Positions 61,387 to 64,000 of a stretch of DNA of 64,000 bases are shown here, in pieces. Positions within the stretch are counted from its first letter, which is position 1, and each line of letters starts with the position of its first letter. This stretch comes from Schmidtea nova. Taxonomy: Eukaryota. The translations under genes were made by a program, and so were the position numbers. The notes under the pieces are model-generated. The model was not told the origin of the DNA. It saw only the letters and a list, made by a program, of their open reading frames with translations, and did not search any database. Location: the NCBI GenBank assembly GCA_044892505.1, contig CM097882.1, forward strand, positions 204,042,001 through 204,106,000, written 5' to 3'.

Positions 61387-63120
61387 TACATAATTCTTGT
61401 TCCTTGGTAAGAGCATAAAATAAATGTTAAATAACTAATAAATTACAAGATTAGCGTTTACAGCAAATTTTCACCTGATAGCATTTGAAGCTAATGTTTA
61501 TATTATTATTTATTAATTTATATCTAATACTAGTTGTAACTAATGAAAAACTAAACGGTTTACTGATAGAATTTAGATTATATCACTCATAGATCATGAA
61601 TTATATCTTAATTATACTGTAATATTTTAAAAATATTCCGCTACCGACAAACAATAAAGATTTAATTTTGAATTAATTTTAAAATTCACACTTGATAAAG
61701 GCTGCGCCGAAATAATGTGTACTTTAAAAAAAAATTTGATCTATACAAATAGATCAAAATTCTATAGTCTTACCATTATGGAAATTGTTGATATAAATAA
61801 AAAGAAATTATGATAAAAAGATAATTATGATAAAAATAATTAAATTAATTATAAAATTAATTTATAACAATTAATTATTGTAATTAATTACTCATAAATA
61901 TTAACTAATTCAAAATTACTTAAATATTAATTTTTTCATAGATTAATTATAAATTTTAACAATTTTAACCAAAAATCCTATTTTACTTTTGAATTACCAA
62001 GCTTTCAATATATTTTCTAATTAATTCATTCAGTTGCATACTCAGAAAATTTTCATAAGGGGGTTTGAAACAAAAAAAATATTTTGATTTTCAAAATTTT
62101 ATTTAGCATTCAATTTGAAAAATTTTCTGAAACCCAACTGCTTTGAATCATCTACATTTGTTTTATCCTCATTTTCCAAAATTGGCCAAATTTCTATTTT
62201 TCTTTGAAATTTTTTAATAAATTGTATTAAGTTGACAAATATAATTGGAACATTTAATTGCTTGTATAAATTAAGTGTTATAATTAAATAAATACTGAAA
62301 ATTCAACATACCAAATAATATTTTAACAACAAAAGATAATAATATTTAAAAATTTTTAAACCATTTAACATCTTTCCATACCACCTTGGGAGCCAGTTGT
62401 TCATAGTTGTTCATTAGATGCACATACATTTCAATATTAATTTGTGTAATACAGTTTATAAATATCGTCTAAACAAAATATAATTGCAGTATTTTGACAG
62501 AATTATTATAGGCATTAAAAAGTTTTGAAATTTAGTTAAAGTTTATTATTTTACATTAAAAGTTGCAGGAAAAATTATGAGCTCAGTTGTATTTTAAGCT
62601 TGAATTAAGGGTCGGTGTAATGTGAAATGTAATTTCCGTTTATTTTTGGAGCTATTGTTATAATAATAATAATAAATGACTTATACTTGAATTTCATAAT
62701 AGATATAATTGTATTCAGAATATTAAATGCAACTTGTAAATAAGTCACAAAATCCTCGAAATACGGGAACAAAACCGGAAATAGAAATTCCTATTTGAGC
62801 TATATTTTGTATTCTCAAATCAAAAATTTTGATATTCTTGACACAGAATATTTTTTTAAAGTATCCATATTAAATTATGGGGTCCTCGTGGTCATTTTCA
62901 ATCATGGCAATTTTGGAATTATGATTTAAAATTTTTTAATTTCCATGAATCTCGAAGTTCTTTAAACAAGCATCTTCCTTTTAAATAATATCATTCATAG
63001 TTTTTTTAAAATCTGAAGCTCTTTGATGAATCCTCTATTAAAAAATTTCGGTATTTCCGAATTAAATTTTTAACAAAAATTATTTATCTAACTTTCAATG
63101 GTACATCTGTTTATTTAAAT

Positions 63121-63187
<67 letters not shown>

Positions 63188-63838
63188 TCAGAGAATTAAA
63201 GAACATCTTGATCTGTCGTTGATGCTGTCGTTATATGCTGTTGAATCTGAAAAATTTTCGATGATTAATATTATTTGTGGAAGTGAAAGAAGTTTAGGAA
63301 CAAATTACAAATCAAATATAGAATTCTTAAAAATTTAATTTTAATAAGTCTGCAAAAAAATTAGTTTTTATTTCAAAATATTGAGCCTAAAAAATAAATC
63401 ATCTATTCTATTTAGAAATTCTATTAGAAATTCTATTCTAAAATTCTATTTAGAATATTGAGATCTGGATTGTAAATTATTTCTGGTACAATATTCTTTA
63501 AATGATTTTCTACAGGACTACTTGGTTTTAATTTTCGCGAATTGAAAAATAAAATAACAATTTCCAGCTTATGTAAAGTATATTGATGATGACTCAAGGA
63601 AATCAAGGATGATATTTTACTTTTTATTAAACATTTAACTGTCAGCAAAAATAAAGACCATGACTTTCTTTTTTGAAATTTTTTAAGTGGTTGCTAAACC
63701 TAACTAAAGGTAGAATTCTCAAAGTATGTATGATGTAATTTTAATAGGTTATTTATTTTTCCCTAGTCCCTATGTTATGTAATATATAATTCTCGTGTTT
63801 GCTTGATTAATCTTGAATGTCTGGGCCCTCAAATTCCA

Positions 63839-63906
<68 letters not shown>

Positions 63907-64000
63907 CATGTGGCCTCTCGTGAATTTCCTTTTTTAATGTGGTTCATATATTGTTTAAGGTTGGGCATTTGGTTTCTGTATTAGTACTTATTGTATGACA

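Noticed and set aside
61400-64000. Further PANK4 exon or other genes
   Set aside because: No splice-compatible NDIGQ-type exon or convincing ORF found; appears to be intronic AT-rich DNA with weak repeat relics

Overview
Very AT-rich eukaryotic (animal) genomic DNA, most likely a triclad planarian: a 42-nt flatworm-type spliced-leader sequence at 4249-4290 and a divergent 18S fragment point that way. The window is dominated by transposable elements. (1) 1-4054: decayed Ty3/Gypsy internal region (-). (2) 4249-5150: apparent retrocopy of an SL trans-spliced mRNA encoding CYLD-like CAP-Gly domains. (3) 5846-24778: a hAT DNA transposon (8-bp TSD CTATGAAA) whose transposase is split by a 16.2-kb, almost entirely palindromic element (6622-22864). 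This element has Polinton/Maverick-type ends (5'-AGTAG...CTACT-3', 6-bp TSD GTGGTA), two ~7.9-kb inverted arms each carrying an IAP-type RING ORF and repeat arrays, and no Polinton core genes. It is the most unusual object in the window. (4) ~5190-44880: several same-orientation copies of an unclassified ~4-kb modular repeat with a conserved 230-bp end cassette. (5) A Penelope GIY-YIG 3' fragment with a hammerhead-like fold. (6) Three exons of a PANK4-like gene (47602 to beyond 59630) whose introns hold a hAT remnant interrupted by a 403-bp 18S rRNA piece, MITEs and a decayed TBP-like/virus-like gene cluster. (7) A mariner relic. All calls are by eye and from recalled family motifs; no searches were run, and five N-gaps limit certainty inside the palindrome and at 54729-54916.
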